The translations under genes were made by a program, and so were the position numbers. The notes beneath the pieces were generated by a model. That model had not been told where the DNA came from. It did not search any database and saw only the letters and a program-made list of their open reading frames with translations. Shown piece by piece: positions 12,001-27,000 of a stretch of DNA of 64,000 bases (positions within the stretch are counted from its first letter, which is position 1; each line of letters opens with the position of its first letter). The DNA is from Monocercomonoides exilis PA203 (Eukaryota > Protista > Preaxostyla). Location: the NCBI GenBank assembly GCA_001643675.2, contig LSRY02000003.1, positions 1,364,001-1,428,000 of the forward strand. The letters are read 5' to 3'.

Positions 12001-15000
12001 AAAAGGAGCAGAGCACGACACAAATGAGCAGTTTGAGCATTCCCAACGCGATCCTTTTTTAAACTCAGCATAAATTGCTCCTCCTTTTGTATTTGTCTCA
12101 GTGACACTGCATTTGTCAAATGAAACATTGCCGATTTTGATTGTTTTCCCATTGTTTTCTTCGTCTGTTCCCTCATAAAATCGCATTGCTGCTCCACATC
12201 CGCTTTCCGATGTAATGTTTCTGACTTCTGAATCTCTAAATGTCAACGAAGCTGAATTATTTGATTTCATCAGAGAGGCTGAATTCAAAGTTATATCCTC
12301 CATTTTCACTTCATTCACTTCTGAACGAGCAGATTCTGCGGAATACAAAATTGACGCTTTATTAAGAGACAATTTATTGAATGTCGAATTCTTCAGTGTT
12401 AAGTTTGCTGAGTTTCTTGAACTTATCAATGGAATTTGTCCGTTGATGTTTCCATTGCTGAACATGATTTTGGATAAATCAACAATGGAAGTTTGTCCCT
12501 CAACAATTAGCAAAGAGGTGTTCTCAAAGGTTATGTTGTGAAGGTCATTTGCTTCATTAGAGTGTGCATTCATTTGTAGATTATAATTATAAGTTGATGC
12601 CAACGACTGAAGTTGCGGAGCAAACATTGTTGGATTCATTTGGAAATCTGACACATTCATTTTCCCTCCAGTTACAACCATTATTGGATATGTGACAGTT
12701 CCCGATATGTCCATTGGGACAAGAGAACAATGTTCTATCGAAATATTCCCATTTGTTTGATAAACAAGTGATTTATAATCTTCCAATGTGCTTGGAACGC
12801 AAAAGTCAATCAAAGCATAATTCAATATCTTTGCATTTTGAATAAAACCTTGATTAGTCCGTCTTGTTCCTTTAACAACAACAAACTGCGCATTCACCGA
12901 AGTGTCGTTTGCTGTAATCAAAAGAGAATTTGTGGAAACTGAAAACTCTTCCGTCAGCTCCATTGTATAGTTCACTGTCACAAATGCCTCCGTCTTCTGT
13001 TGTCTGTTCAGTGCATACGGAAGCGAATGGCAATGATACATCGTGAACCCACAAGCAGTGGTGTCGTATCCAACAGATGATACGTAAATCGAAGCATGCT
13101 GCCGAAGGAGATAAAATCCAATTGGAATGGATGTCCAGTCATCGTGCTCGTCGTATCCTCTAAGCGAGCTCTGATCAAAGTAATAGCATTCATCATAGTT
13201 GACGTTGTCAAAGAATGGCAAACAAGATGCCTGAACTGAGTGAGTCAAATTAGCAGAAGATATGAAAAAGTCCCGGCCAATCTGCGCATTGTTCATATTA
13301 GCTTCTCCAATTGAGCTCCAAGTGGGGTTGTTAATTCGCCAATTGGCTGATGCATCAACCAAATAAAAATAAATGGCTCCTCCACGCGTTGGAGCATTTG
13401 TGTTCTCAGGTGATGTTGAAGAAATAGATGCTTCTCCAAAAAGCGAACTTCCTGCAACGCAATTTGAGAACGAACAGCTATCAATATCAACATCCATCAT
13501 ATTTGTTGGAGTAATCATGATGGCTCCTCCGGTGCAAGAACTTTCACAAACAGCACATTCGCTGAAATAGCACGATGCGATGTGCACAGCTTCGAGATTC
13601 GTATTGGAATTCCTCTTGAAAGAAGAAGGATCCATTGAAGATGCATTGGCTTTATTTGAAACTCTCTTTGAATGAGTAGAAGTACCGTCCTTAACATGAA
13701 TGGTGCTTCCTCCAATTGTATCCAATTTGATGCTGCTGAACGAACAGTTCTCGACCGTCAAGGCATCATTAGTAGAAACAGAAATTGTAGATCCCGATTT
13801 CATGCCAAGAGATGATATGTTTGTATCGCTTATCGACAGGCTTTTAATATTATCTGCTTCTACAATACAATTCTCGTCGAGTGTTAGATGAGAAAAATCC
13901 GAGTTTGTAATTGAAAGTGTTGCTCCATTGTCAATCCCAAGAACGCTCGTTCTCCCTTTGCATTTGACTTGCGTAAAAGAAAATCGATCGATTGTTCCTT
14001 CGGTCGAGCTTCCTTCAACAAATAAAAATGATCCGACTCCATTATCTGAATTTGAAGCAGAAAATGAGTGTGCTGATGAAGAAGATACAAGAATTAAATT
14101 ACTTGCAAATGAAATAGATTTGATAATAACTTTTCCACTTGTGGCGCTTATGAATCGACAAGATAACTCCAACAAAGGATCAGAAGGAGTAATTATGCTT
14201 CTGTTGAGTAGAAACTCGCCACTTGTAACTTTTACAACAGAAGAATGTGATTGAATAGCTTTTGGCACAATAAACTCAATGGAATCAAACAAGGCTTTTT
14301 TCGTGCTTTCAATTATTCCATCCAGCTCATTTCTTTCTCCGTTAAGCACAACAATTTGTGCATTCAGTGTTTGTGCAGATGGATCGATAAGTTTGTTCGA
14401 AATGACTTCAAGTTCTTTTCCTGTCAGTTTTATCTCTTCCTCCAGAAGCACTCTTTCCATTATTGCCACTTCCTCTTTCGTTGTTGGTTTGTTCTGGCGA
14501 TACAAAGCATAATGCAAACTTTCGCACTGATAATCAGTAAATCCACATGCAGTTGAGTTGACACCTGTCTCCTTAATGCATATATGTTGGTGAAGAGGGA
14601 GGATATAAAATGGTAGCGGAATTGCTTTCCAGCTGTTAAATTCGTTGTATCCTTGATAGAGCGAGTGATCAAATGTATATTCAGAAGCAGAAATAAATGG
14701 AAGTCTTGTAGCTGTTATTGACTCATTCAGTTTGTACGATGAAACAAATAGATTCAAGCCGAGTGTCGCTTTATTAGTTTCAAATTCTGGTGTACTGATG
14801 CACCAATCAATAAGAGGATCATCGAGATATAAAAAGATGGCACCTCCCTTCCCGTTTTCAGATTGTAACGTTGGGCAAGTACAATCAATGAAGCTGCAGC
14901 CACTAATCAACAATTGTTGGGAACTTGAAGTCTGTGGATTCGGCTTTAAAATCATCTGAAGCGCTCCTCCATCAGAAGAAGCAGCTGTTGAAGCACAAGC

Positions 15001-18000
15001 ATCAAAAGTGCAGTTTCTAAAGGAAAAAATGGCTTCAACAGTATTTCTTGTTGGAGTGTGGCGATACAACTGTTGATGTGGTGTATATGATTCAATTGTC
15101 TTTACAATGCTATCATCTCCAATTTTCACGCAACTTCCTCCTTTCTGCTGCGTTGTAATTGAGTGGAAGATTGTATCCACAACGGTTACGTTATTAGCAT
15201 CGTTTCCTCGAATAAGAGAAGACTTGACCATTTGAGACGATTCAAATTCATCTCTGTTCAAAGTGAGTGATGCTCCGCCAATGACTTCGACCAGAGAACT
15301 GCTGTCGCCGTGCTCTGTGTTGTGGACTTGCATATTTCTCAATTCTGCTTGGGCAGAAGTTCCACTAACTTTGATAAATGACCCGTTATTAAAGAGGTAC
15401 TTCGGCGTAATTTCATTGAATTTGCGCAAAGAGGAGAACGAAGTGCTTGAATGAACAGGAGTACCAATAAAGCAGTCATCCAAAATCAGTGAACCTCTTG
15501 TTTCTGCGATGAAAATGAAACTCAATCCTTCGCCTGGAGTTTGATAAGTTAGACCGCATCTGACAAATACATGAATCTGGTCATCAAGGTGAATGATGGA
15601 ACTTTTGGCACTGAGTAATGAAGGAACGTGAAATTCAATATCAAAATATTCACTTGGAATACTCGAAACAATAATCGCATCTTGAACAGCATTTGCAAAA
15701 AGAGAAGAAGATGTTGACGATGATGAAGGGCTCACTACAATTCTTGAAGAAACGGGAACAGAATCATCGCTTCGGTTGCTTCTTAAGCGCATTGTTCCCT
15801 CAGAAAGAACAACTTCTTCAGCTAAAGTGACTGACTCGTTGACTGTTACGTTCTTTCTCGTTGTAGATAAATAGACATTATTTTTTGTTTGCCTCCAAAT
15901 TGCATAGTTGAAGGTCTTGCAGTGATAATCATAGAAGCCACAAGCCGTCACATCTTTTCCTTCATCTGAAAGGAAAATCTGCTCTTGTTGATCCATCAGA
16001 TAATAACCCAGCGGTATTACTTCAGCAGAATTATGATTATCATATCCCATAAAGTCGTTTCTATCCCATACCCACTTCTTTGCCCAGTCTCCTTGTGTAT
16101 AAAGCTCGTCATAGCATTTGAAGAATTGATATCTTGAACGTGTGATTGAAGCAGTGAGATTTTGCGAAGAAATGAAGATGTTCTTTCCAAAATTAGCTGC
16201 ATTTCTTTCAAATTTCAAATCTGCTCCAAAAGTTACAGGAGCATCGACTGATTCCAAACACAAAAAGATTGCACCACCGCAAGTGCTTCGCTCGCTCTGA
16301 GTGGAAGAAACAGAACATTCAGCAAACGAAAGATTGCTGAATTGAAGTGTCAACGAAGAATCAACTGTTGCAAGGATTGCACCTCCTCCGTATGAAAACT
16401 GAGAATTTGGAGCAGCGACAGAGCAATTGGAAAATGAAGAATTTGCAAGAGAAACAGATCCAGTATTTCCAGGAATTGGAGGAATGCTGCTCAAATGCAG
16501 CACCGACCCATTGCAATCAGACGAATAAACAGATGTTATCTGAGAGTCGCTTATCGTCAAACGTCGAGGTGATGAAATCGAAAGGAATGAAGAATCGTGT
16601 GAAAGAATATTGTTCCAGCTGCAATTACGAATTTCAATGGAAGCATTTTCATTTGCATTGACAAAAGAACTTAATCCAGAAAACTTCACTGCTTCCATCA
16701 CTGAATTAGTAATTGAAATTTGGCTTTGACTTGATGCGATTATAAACGATGCTGAATCAATCAACGTTTTTCCTTCATTATTTCCTTCTCCAAATTTCAA
16801 CATAAACTTATCAAAAATGACTTTCCCATTTCGAACTGTAACAAAAGGCTTCAACATTGGTGATGAATCGTTTGTCGCAGCAGAACAATTTTCGAAGGTT
16901 ACATTTGAATCAGAATGATCGATGATAAACTGTGATTGTAATGTTGTTCCATCAGACGGTACGATAAAAAGAAGCTGATGCAAATCTGAAGTGATTGAGC
17001 TGTTGTAAAAGCTTGTAACTGAATTCGCAACTGATGGGTCAAATGTAACTGAGTGTATTATCGAATCGTTTTTCCCTTTCACAGAAAGAGTTCCGGATGA
17101 AAGTGAAATAGCTTCCCTTACAATCACATCTGTATCAACTTGAAGCTTTCTTCTATCAACTCCTTGTCTTCGAAAAGCCAATGGCATGCTTTTGCACTGA
17201 TACATAATAAATCCACATGAAGATACATTAATTCCCTTATCGGAAACAAAAATGAATTCTGGAAGCGTTTTCAAATAGTAAATCAATGGAACATGTGTCC
17301 AGTCGTCATGGTTGTCATAGCCAGACATCATTTGTATTTCTTCATCTGGATAAACTTGATCAGATAATATATCATTGTGGGGAACAATACATTGCTGCTT
17401 CATCGTAACAAGAAGATCTGGGCTTGAAATGAAAATATCTCGTCCAAAATCTGCCTTGTTTGTTTCGTTTTTCATGTCATTGATACTAAAGCTCACATCA
17501 GCATCAATCATATGCAGATAAATGCCTCCTCCTCTGCCAAATTCTGTGTAGCCTTTTGAGATATCAGACCCGCGTTCTGACTGGTTGTATGTTTTTGCGC
17601 TTGTAACTGGTGTTTCGCAGAAGCTAAATGTGCATTTGTTAACAGTCAGACAATCAGATGACTTTAATTTAATGAAAAGCGCTCCTCCACTTTGATGCTT
17701 TGTTGAAGAAGCATGACAATTTTTGAATGAGCAGTTTTCATATTTCAAATTGTTAATCACATTGCTTGTAGTTACATGGGAGGCTATCGTACCATTTCCC
17801 TTTGAAAGAGTCATCGAATCGAAAACCGTACTGTTAAGAACGATATCACGTGAATTGATGCTCTGAATAAACGAAGCATCTTCAGATAAGTGATGTTCGA
17901 TCGTGCAAGAAACAATTTCAGCACTACCCCTGTCCTGAACAGATACGATGCAAGATTTTGTTTCAATTTGTTCTGATATTGTTGATTGGCTCAATCGCAA

Positions 18001-21000
18001 CTTCGATTGCTCTCCAATAATTGATATTAGAGGACGTTTATATGAAAGAACATTTGAATTGGATTGGGATCCAGCCAGTGATTCAGATGAAAACCCAGCA
18101 TTTGACAGGGAATAAGAGAAATCATTCAAATAAGCGCTGCCGCTGCTTACAATCATGAACGACCAGTCTTGTTCTCCAACGTTCGGCTCAAAAACTATTC
18201 GATTGAACGTGATATCTGAATTGTCCTTGACTTCAATCATAGCATTCATTGAAGGCAAAGTTGAATCCACGCAAAGTCGGAGACTGTTGAATGTCATGCT
18301 TATTAGAACCTCAATCAAGCTTGTATGAGAAGACGTCATTCTCATAATTAACTTTTCTTGTGGAGTGTTTCCAGAAATATTTGCTGTGCCGTATGTTAGT
18401 GATATCGTTTCGTTCACGTCTAAGTTCTCAATCACAGTGACATTCCGATTGCTTAATCCTTGGCGACGTAGAGCATGATTCAAGCTGCGGCAGCGATAGT
18501 TCAAGAATCCGCAAGCGCTCACATCAACACCTTTGATTGATGCAAACACAATTCCATACAAATTCCTCAGATAATACTCGATTGGTATGTGAGTCCAGTT
18601 GTCGTGCTCATCAAATCCAGCAAACAAAGGCTTGTCTCTTGCAATGTCTTCTTCTGAGTCTGTAAAATTGGGCAGATTAACGCGCTTCACAGAGATTGGT
18701 AGCGAAGCACTATCGACAAACAGGTTACGTCCATAATCAGCATCATTGCCCGTCATTGCTTCTCTCCTCATTTGCACAACCCAGTCTGCTTCTGTGTGAT
18801 CGAGATAGAGATAGATGCCTCCTCCTTTGCCTTGAGCAGTGTAATAATCCCATGCTGGTGGATTTCGCAAAGGCGTGTCCAAATAATCCTTGAAATCTTC
18901 GTAATTCGTTTTTGGCGCTTTGCATCCAGTTATCTTTGAATCGACTATTTTCCATTGGCATTCCTGTTTCATCTGCACAAACATAGCTCCTCCGTGTGTC
19001 CTTGAATGCTTCACAGAGCAATCTGTAAAAGTGGATGAGTTGACAAATACTGAATTTATAACAGATTCAGAGTCTACAGGAGTATCTGTTCCCATCAGAT
19101 GCCACAAGCATGACCCGTTCCCGCTCTCGCTGCTGATGCTTGAAAAATTCACATTCGAAACTTTGATTGAGCATCCAGCAATGCTTTTCACCAAAGATCC
19201 ATCTGTAAATGAGGCTGAAGTGAGAACGCTTGACGAAAGATTGAGATTTCCGTTATTTACAACATTAATAAGATTAACAGATCCAAATTTCATTGGAGCA
19301 TTTGAGTTTGCATCAATTGACGATGATGAAGAAGTCGGAGCTCCGATGTGTAAATTACTAACATCAGCTGTTCCTTTAATCACCGAAAGAAGTGAAACGA
19401 ATATGCATTCAGTTTGAGTAGAAGATTGTGGCACAACATAACAATCACTGAGACTGACATAATTTTCGCTTTGTTTAATTATTGATTCTAATTTAGAATT
19501 ACTTAATGATGGAGAATTGGCTGCTTTTGAAGAAGATGAAGTGATTGAAGGAAGAACAAAAGTAATAGAGTAAACTTCAAGCTCAATCTCATTCAAAATT
19601 ACACAATCAACATCTGTTGTAACATCTGGTGTGAGCGATGAAGGAGTGTTTTCATTTTCTCTCAATAAACATATTCTGGAGCAATCCTCTGGCAATTGAA
19701 TTGTCGATCGTTCAATAACATTCTTGTTGATCCGAATTGTAAGTGATTCATTATTTGGCAGCCTGTTTGAAGCATATGTAATATCTTTGCATGCGAAGTC
19801 CCAAAAACCGCATGCAGTCACGTCAAACCCGTTTGCATCAACATGAATAACATCTTTTATATCCAGCAAATAATATCCCAGTGGAATTGAGACAGCTGGA
19901 TCGTGATTGTCAAATCCTTCCATCAAATAGCGATTCCAATTTCCTGTAGGAGAATCGGGTATCCAATCAGCAAGTCTCCCTTTGTGCTGCCTCAAAGAAA
20001 CGATCAAGTCTTTGCCTGAAATAAATAAATTCTTCCCCAAATCTGCTTCATTCGACGTGAAAGTCAAGTCAGATAGAGAAAAATCAACATCTTCCTGTGG
20101 AATTAAAAGAAATATGGCTCCTCCTTTCCCCATAAATGTGCGTATGTGTGTTGCATTCCATGGCTGCTGAATGATGCTTGCATTGACTGGAGCATAGCAA
20201 GAAGTGAATGAAGAGTTCTTCAGTTCCCAGTTAAATACAGGATTCAAATTCACAAAGAGCGCACCACCATCGTTTCCTGTTCCTTTAACCGAACATCCTT
20301 CGAAAGAGCAATTATTTATGGTAAATTTGTCATTAATTGTATCTCTTAATGCTTCATGCGACAGCATCGCCACAGATCCGTTTCCGTTATTTCGACTGAT
20401 GTTGAGAAACTTTGTATTCAGAAATTCAGCCACATGAGCATGAACCACTTCCACGAATGGCAAAGAAGAGAAAGACATGTGAGACACGGTTGATGAATCT
20501 ATTGAAAGTGAAGATCCATCAGTGGCGTATATTTGATGGTACTGCAAGGATTCAGACAAGGAAATTGTATTAATGGCAACTTGATTCAGAAGTAAACTTC
20601 CTCCGCTCGTTGCAAAAAGAAGTCCATTTTGATTTTTAGCAATAACGCCATCCAATTTCACAGATGATAACTTCATAACAGAGTTAGCTCCGGTTGTTTG
20701 AAGCATTGGCATTGAACTCCAGCACAAAGAAGTAAAATTGTTCACATCAAGTTCAAATGAACCTCCATTGCGGCTCATTCCAAGAGAAAATGGAATTACC
20801 GAAGGATTTGAAAACTTGAGCAAAACATCTTCAAGTTTGAATATATTGCTTTCAGCTCTAACGAAAGTGGAAAATAAATTCATTTGTGTTGGGAACTGTA
20901 TAACAATCTGATGCATCAATGTTTCGTTACGTACTACCAGAAGTGCGAAATTAGAGCTGCCAACTGAAGAAGCAGCATCTCTCGTAGCTGTTTGTGTTAC

Positions 21001-24000
21001 ATCTATTGTATAGAAAGCAGAGCCACCACTTCCAGTGGCAGGCGCAATCACCTCGAAATGGCGATCTTCCAAAAGGATGTATCTATCAAATTTAAAATAC
21101 AAATTGTCCAGTTGTATTATTCTTTTCTCAAATGTTGTTTGATGGGTGATTGCACCAGCAACTGTTGCACAGGGAAAATCCTCATATCCACAATTTGTGA
21201 AATCATGCCCTCCATCAAATACGCCAATGTTCTCAATGAAATTATAATCACTTCTGGATCCATTAACATGAACTGTAGGTACTCTTGTACGCAAGAATAT
21301 TTCTAATTCGAGTGGAACAGTTTCATTTCGGAGCTCAAAGCAAATTAATTGATCTTTAGTCTCAAAAGCATTTATCGGAGTGTTTTCTCTGCTTGCTTTG
21401 TATTTAATTGATTGAAATGAACTTTTTTCAGCAATAGACGACATGTTGAACGTATCTATAAACAGAGAATGGCCGAGCCAAGCTTGACAATTTGTAAAGT
21501 CAATATTTTGTAAATCAAATTGTATCGTGTTGGAATATGAATAAATCATCACTCCTCCCCCTCTGCCTCCAAGGTTGTTGGATCTCTTTTTGAGAGATTT
21601 TCCGTTTTGATGTGTATTGTATTTACTTCGATTTGACTCTGAAATTTCATCTTTGTTTGGACTTGCACTTCTAATATTCGGTACAGAACACTCGATAAAA
21701 TTGGTGTTGCTTAGAGCAAAAATGTTGTTAGAAGTGAGCTCGGCATATATTGCACCTCCACAGCTTGCATCCTTTGAAGTTGTACATTGAACGAATGAGC
21801 AGTTATCTATTGAAAGCTGACTTTCCGAATTTTTCTGTTTCTGTTCATTCGACTTCGCCAAGCTTGATGGATTGCAGCCAGCGTTCACAACAGTCCCGTT
21901 TCCGTCTGTTTTCGAGATGTTTTTGAACGATGTCCCGTTCAGTCGAATCAAAGCTGACGCGTTTACAGAATGAATGATTGAAGCCTTTGTGAAATCCAGC
22001 TGTTCAAAATTGGAGTCTTCAAGAAAGACCGTTCCCGCATTTTTGGCATAAATTAAATCTTGAGTAGAATAAGCTGTATTGTTGCACAAAGTTGATGAAA
22101 GTCCAAAGCTTCCCCCATTTTCAGCCAGAAACAGCTTCTCAATATTTGTAAAAATACTGTTGAAATAGCAATCCTTAAAAATAACAGTCGCTCCACTTCC
22201 AACTGAATGGCCAAATGGAAATCCTTTGAATCTCCGATTGCGCCAAGAAAGATCGAATATGGATGCAGTTCCTCCAGTCGCTCTCACAAGCGAATACTCA
22301 AAATTCCACTGTTCATTTGTTTGATGCCCTTCAGAATTTGAACTGGTGTATACTTCACATTCCATTAATGTGTTGTTCACCTTTAATTCTCCGCTTTGGC
22401 ATTCAAAAAATGCAGTGATTCCCTGACCAATGTTCACAGGGAGCTTAAGTGTCATGTTATGAATCAGTGACGTAACATTGTTGATAATATATGCATTCCT
22501 TAAAGTTGGAAGGTTGTTTCCCTCCAATGCAGTCACATTAATAACAGGGTTATCTGGATGCGCTGAAATGTCGTACCGAAAGACGTTCAAATCGGCTATT
22601 TGATAAAACTTAAAGTCTGGCTTCAATATCATAGCAGACGTAACAGTCCTTGGAAACCTCCAGAAAGTACTGCCGTTGATCGTCAAGCAAGGATACGCAA
22701 TGTCTCCACAACCAGAAAAATCTGCACCGTTGTCTTCGCCCACGTAGACAGGCGATTTCAAGTTTCGGAAGAAAATCTCAAGTGGAATCCAGAAGCTGTA
22801 ATTGTGGCTTTCATACCCTGTCATGATGGTTGTGTACAAGGGCTGAAATTCAAACAAAAAGTTTTGGTCGTTCACAAAACGCGATAGATTGTATGCATCA
22901 ACATGAAAATATCGCATGAATTTGTCTGTTGTCGCTTTCAAAGGCGTAAAGGCAAGATCTTTGAATAAAAGATATTTCATTTTGTCGCTTTCATCGTTGA
23001 TGTAGAATGCTCCACTCCCAAGTTCGTTTGAATTCTCAGTTAAAGTTGAGCAGTTATCAAAATTTACCCCGCTCAAGCGCAATCCGTTTGTAGCGCTAAA
23101 ATAAAATGATACTGCAGAGCCGCATCGACACATGTTATCTGAGGTGCAATTAGTGAATGATGAGTTGTCGATCTTTATGTTGTAATATGCAGTTGAAGAA
23201 GATATCCCCTGTTGATTTGCAATGTGAAGTACAGAGCTGCTTTTGAAATTTCGTGTAATGTTTACAAATGATGAAGAATTCACAGAAACGCCAGTACCAC
23301 CAGAAGAAAATAGCAATGCATTGTTATCAAAATTCATGTTCAAAAACGTGGAGTTGTTGATGTTCAATGCACCGTTGCGTGCTTGAAAAGGAGCTGATTC
23401 TGCAGAAGAACTTGTAGTTGGTGTTATGAAATTGAATATGCTAAGGTTGTTGAGTGTGATTGATGATGAAGATGACAAGTCTGAATATGCAAAATGTGCA
23501 TTCACGTTTTTCATCTTCAGCGCAGCGCTGTATACAAAGTTATTCAAAACAAGAGATCCGCCAAATGCTCCAAATAAAGTGTAGCTAACTTCATCGTTGC
23601 TATCAATATTTATTGTGATGCTGTTGAGTGTCAGTTCTCCTTGGTGAGAAGAGAATAAATTTTGCACATTTTTCATTGTACTTTTCACGTCAAAATTAAT
23701 TTCTTGAAGCGTAACATCCTTTTTCGTGTATATATAGCCATCGTATTGGCTTCTAATCGAATTACTGTCGCTGACAATCTCGAAGTGATCTTGACTTTTA
23801 TTCTGCATCACAAAATATTTGCTCACATCCATCACTTCTGTCCCGTCGAACTTGAAGGAAGTCATCAGATGTGCATTGCAGCCAGCTTGCCTGAAGCGAT
23901 AATAGGCAGCGCCGTAAATCGTCCTGCAGGGATAGTCCTCAAACCCGCACATTGTGAAATCATGCGCGTTCTCCCATCCAACAAGCGCAAAATCCCATCG

Positions 24001-27000
24001 GTCGCGCAGATAAAGCATAAGAGGAATCGGGAAAGACGTATTGCCCCGCTCATAGCCCAAGTAGCTCGTAAGGTCTCTAATGTCTGGATTAAACGCAAAA
24101 GACTGCCTGGAAACTAAAAGATACAAATCATTGCTGCTAATAAAAATTTTTGGCCCTCGAAAGGCTGCGCAATCAGCAAAAGAAATGTCGCTAAGCAAGA
24201 AATTTGAAGCATAATTATCGTAAAAGTACAATCCTCCTCCCAGTCCAGAAACCATGTTAACCTTACATGATTTGAATGATGTATTATACACCTTCAAATA
24301 TGACCCACTAGTCATCTGTGAGCAAATTCCTCCTCCGTTTCCATTTGCTCTCAAACATGAGTCAAAAGAACAGCTGGAAACGTTCATGGACGATCCTATC
24401 AAAACAACAGGAGAACTGTTAATTTCTTCCGAAGACGAAAAATTTGAATTTCCGATCTCAACAATACCACCAACCCCTTGAACAATACCAACATCAAGCG
24501 TCATGCATCGATAATCTGTGAATGAGAAGTTATTAATGATAAGCTTCCCCAGTGAGTCGCAAACGAAAGCGGAAGAATTGCTGAATGTCATTCCTTGAAT
24601 CTTGCAGCCAGAAGTGCATTGAAGCGTTCCGTTGGTGATTCTGAAAAGGGTAAACGATGTTGGACTTCCGTCTAAAATGACATCCGTTAATGTTAAAGTG
24701 GCATTTCCTTTGTGGAGCACAATTGCAGATGGAAAATTCATTGAAGATGGGAAACCAAGTTTTGCTTTGGAAATAGAAGTATTGACCGTTATGTTCACCA
24801 ACCCTTGCTCCATTGCTTCGCTGGCGTTCAAGCCAGGAGTTGGAGTTGCAGCCGTGTTGAATGTAACAGAATAGCTGGTGTTTTTTGCAGAAAGTGCGTA
24901 TTTATAATTATCCAAAGTGATTGGATCAAACACAAATAAATCAAGCATTACAATGTTTTTCACAGCGCTGTTCTGAAAGTTTTCAGTGATTGCTCGTTCG
25001 ATCGTATAGCAAGGCGCAACCTCAAAACCACAGCGAATATAATTCGCAGAAATGTCAGAATGTGAGACGTATGCCGGATTTTGCTTGCCAAAGAAATAGA
25101 TTATGAGCGGAATTGCAAGATTTCCTGTGTATGAATTAGTCCCATGCATATAAGTCAATTGCATGTTAATATCATTCTGGAAGTCATACGAAAAAGTGGA
25201 TGTGCTTATCACATCGTACAGCTCAGGCGCTTGTACTGAAACATTCAGCGCTCGAAATGCATTGCACTGGCTGAATGACATGTTTGAAAGAGAGAAAATC
25301 GAATTGCTGGATGTTAATTTAATACCTAATCCTCCTCCCCAGTTTGAGCCAGATACTGAAGCAACAGATTTATTGAACTTTACCTGTCCTCCGCTTCCAA
25401 CAGTGAATTTCCCTCCATCTGGCACGTACACATACACCGATCCTCCCCATCCGCTCAATGCTGAGCAGTTGGTAAAATTAGTGTTCATAATGTTGAGTGA
25501 CTTGCCGCTTGAAATATTACCAAGAATAACTCCTCCATTACATCCTGTTCCGTTTATATTTGTAAAAGAAGAGCTTGAAATATTACAGATTGATCCCTGC
25601 TTCACTTGTATTGTTGGGTTTGTCTTTGTCACAAGTGATGTAAAAGAACAAGATGTTATTGTTGTTGAGCCTCCGGTCAATACTACTCCGCCGTTGCTGT
25701 GCTGAGATGCATCATCCGTTACAGCACAATTGTCAATGATGCTTGTTCCACTTGTAACTTTCATGATCACATCTTGCCCTCTCCACATAATGTTGAACTG
25801 CGAAAGGTTCAACTTTCCTGAACTGCTAACAGTTATCATCGTTCCGTCTGTTTTGAGTGTTGTCATTTTTCCGTGGCCGTTTAGGATAATGTTCTTATCA
25901 CCATTAATATTGATATTACTTTCTATGTATTCGTCATCATCCTGTTGAATGTTGCATCTGCGAGGGGCTCCCCATCTGTCAACAGCATATTTTATTGTTC
26001 TACACTTCCAAGAAACGTTGTAACCGCAATTGCTCCAATCGGCTCCGTTTCCCCCGACTAAAAGTTTATCCGGAGGAAACGGAACATACGAATCATCAAC
26101 ATAGCCACCTGGCCAATTTCCAACTCTAAAAAATACATGAGGAGAATCACTGATTGAAAAGCAACTTTCCCATCTTGTTTTATCGCTCATATGATCTTGC
26201 CACACTTTGTCTACAACAACGTCGTTTGCATGAAAGACCTTCGCAGAATGGCTCAACACATTATTCACAAACCATAGATAACTTAATCTGATATCTGCAG
26301 GATGACTTGGAGATCCAATATAAAATGCTCCAATTTCGTCCTGAGCAGTGCCGTGGATTGCCTCACAGTTGGAAACAGTGATATATCCCGTTGCACTCTG
26401 AAGAGAAAATGCAGAAGCAAATCCCGTTACGGAGCCATTTCGCACACTATTAGCTGAAAAAATTGAATTCGAGCTGGCACCGATAGATTGATAGGAAGAA
26501 TAATAGCCAGCATCATTACGCACGAAAGTACAATTCTGAATTAAATGTACAGAGTTATTGTGGAAAGCAACTCCAGCACCTGCATAATCAGCATGGTTCT
26601 GTGTAAAATTACTGTTCAGACATTTTTTATAACCACCTTCGCGCGCATACAGCCCTCCTCCATGACCTTTCGGTTCATCTCCATACACTGCGCAAGCATT
26701 AAACACGCAATGATCAACTAATATATTAGTATTTTTACACCAAATAGCTCCCCCTCCATTATCTCCACTTGTAGTGCATGATACAAATGCATCGTTTGAA
26801 TATGTTGCACTTCCGCTAGTATGCCTCAAGTGGGTAGAATATGTAGTCTTTGCATTTATGAATGAGGAATTATGAGCCACAAATTCAATAACAGATTCTC
26901 CGCACCCCAAAATTCCTCCAGTAACTGGATTCTGCGCATCCAAAAATTGGATATTCATTAACGTTATATACCTTACGGAATATGGGCAAATACATTCATC

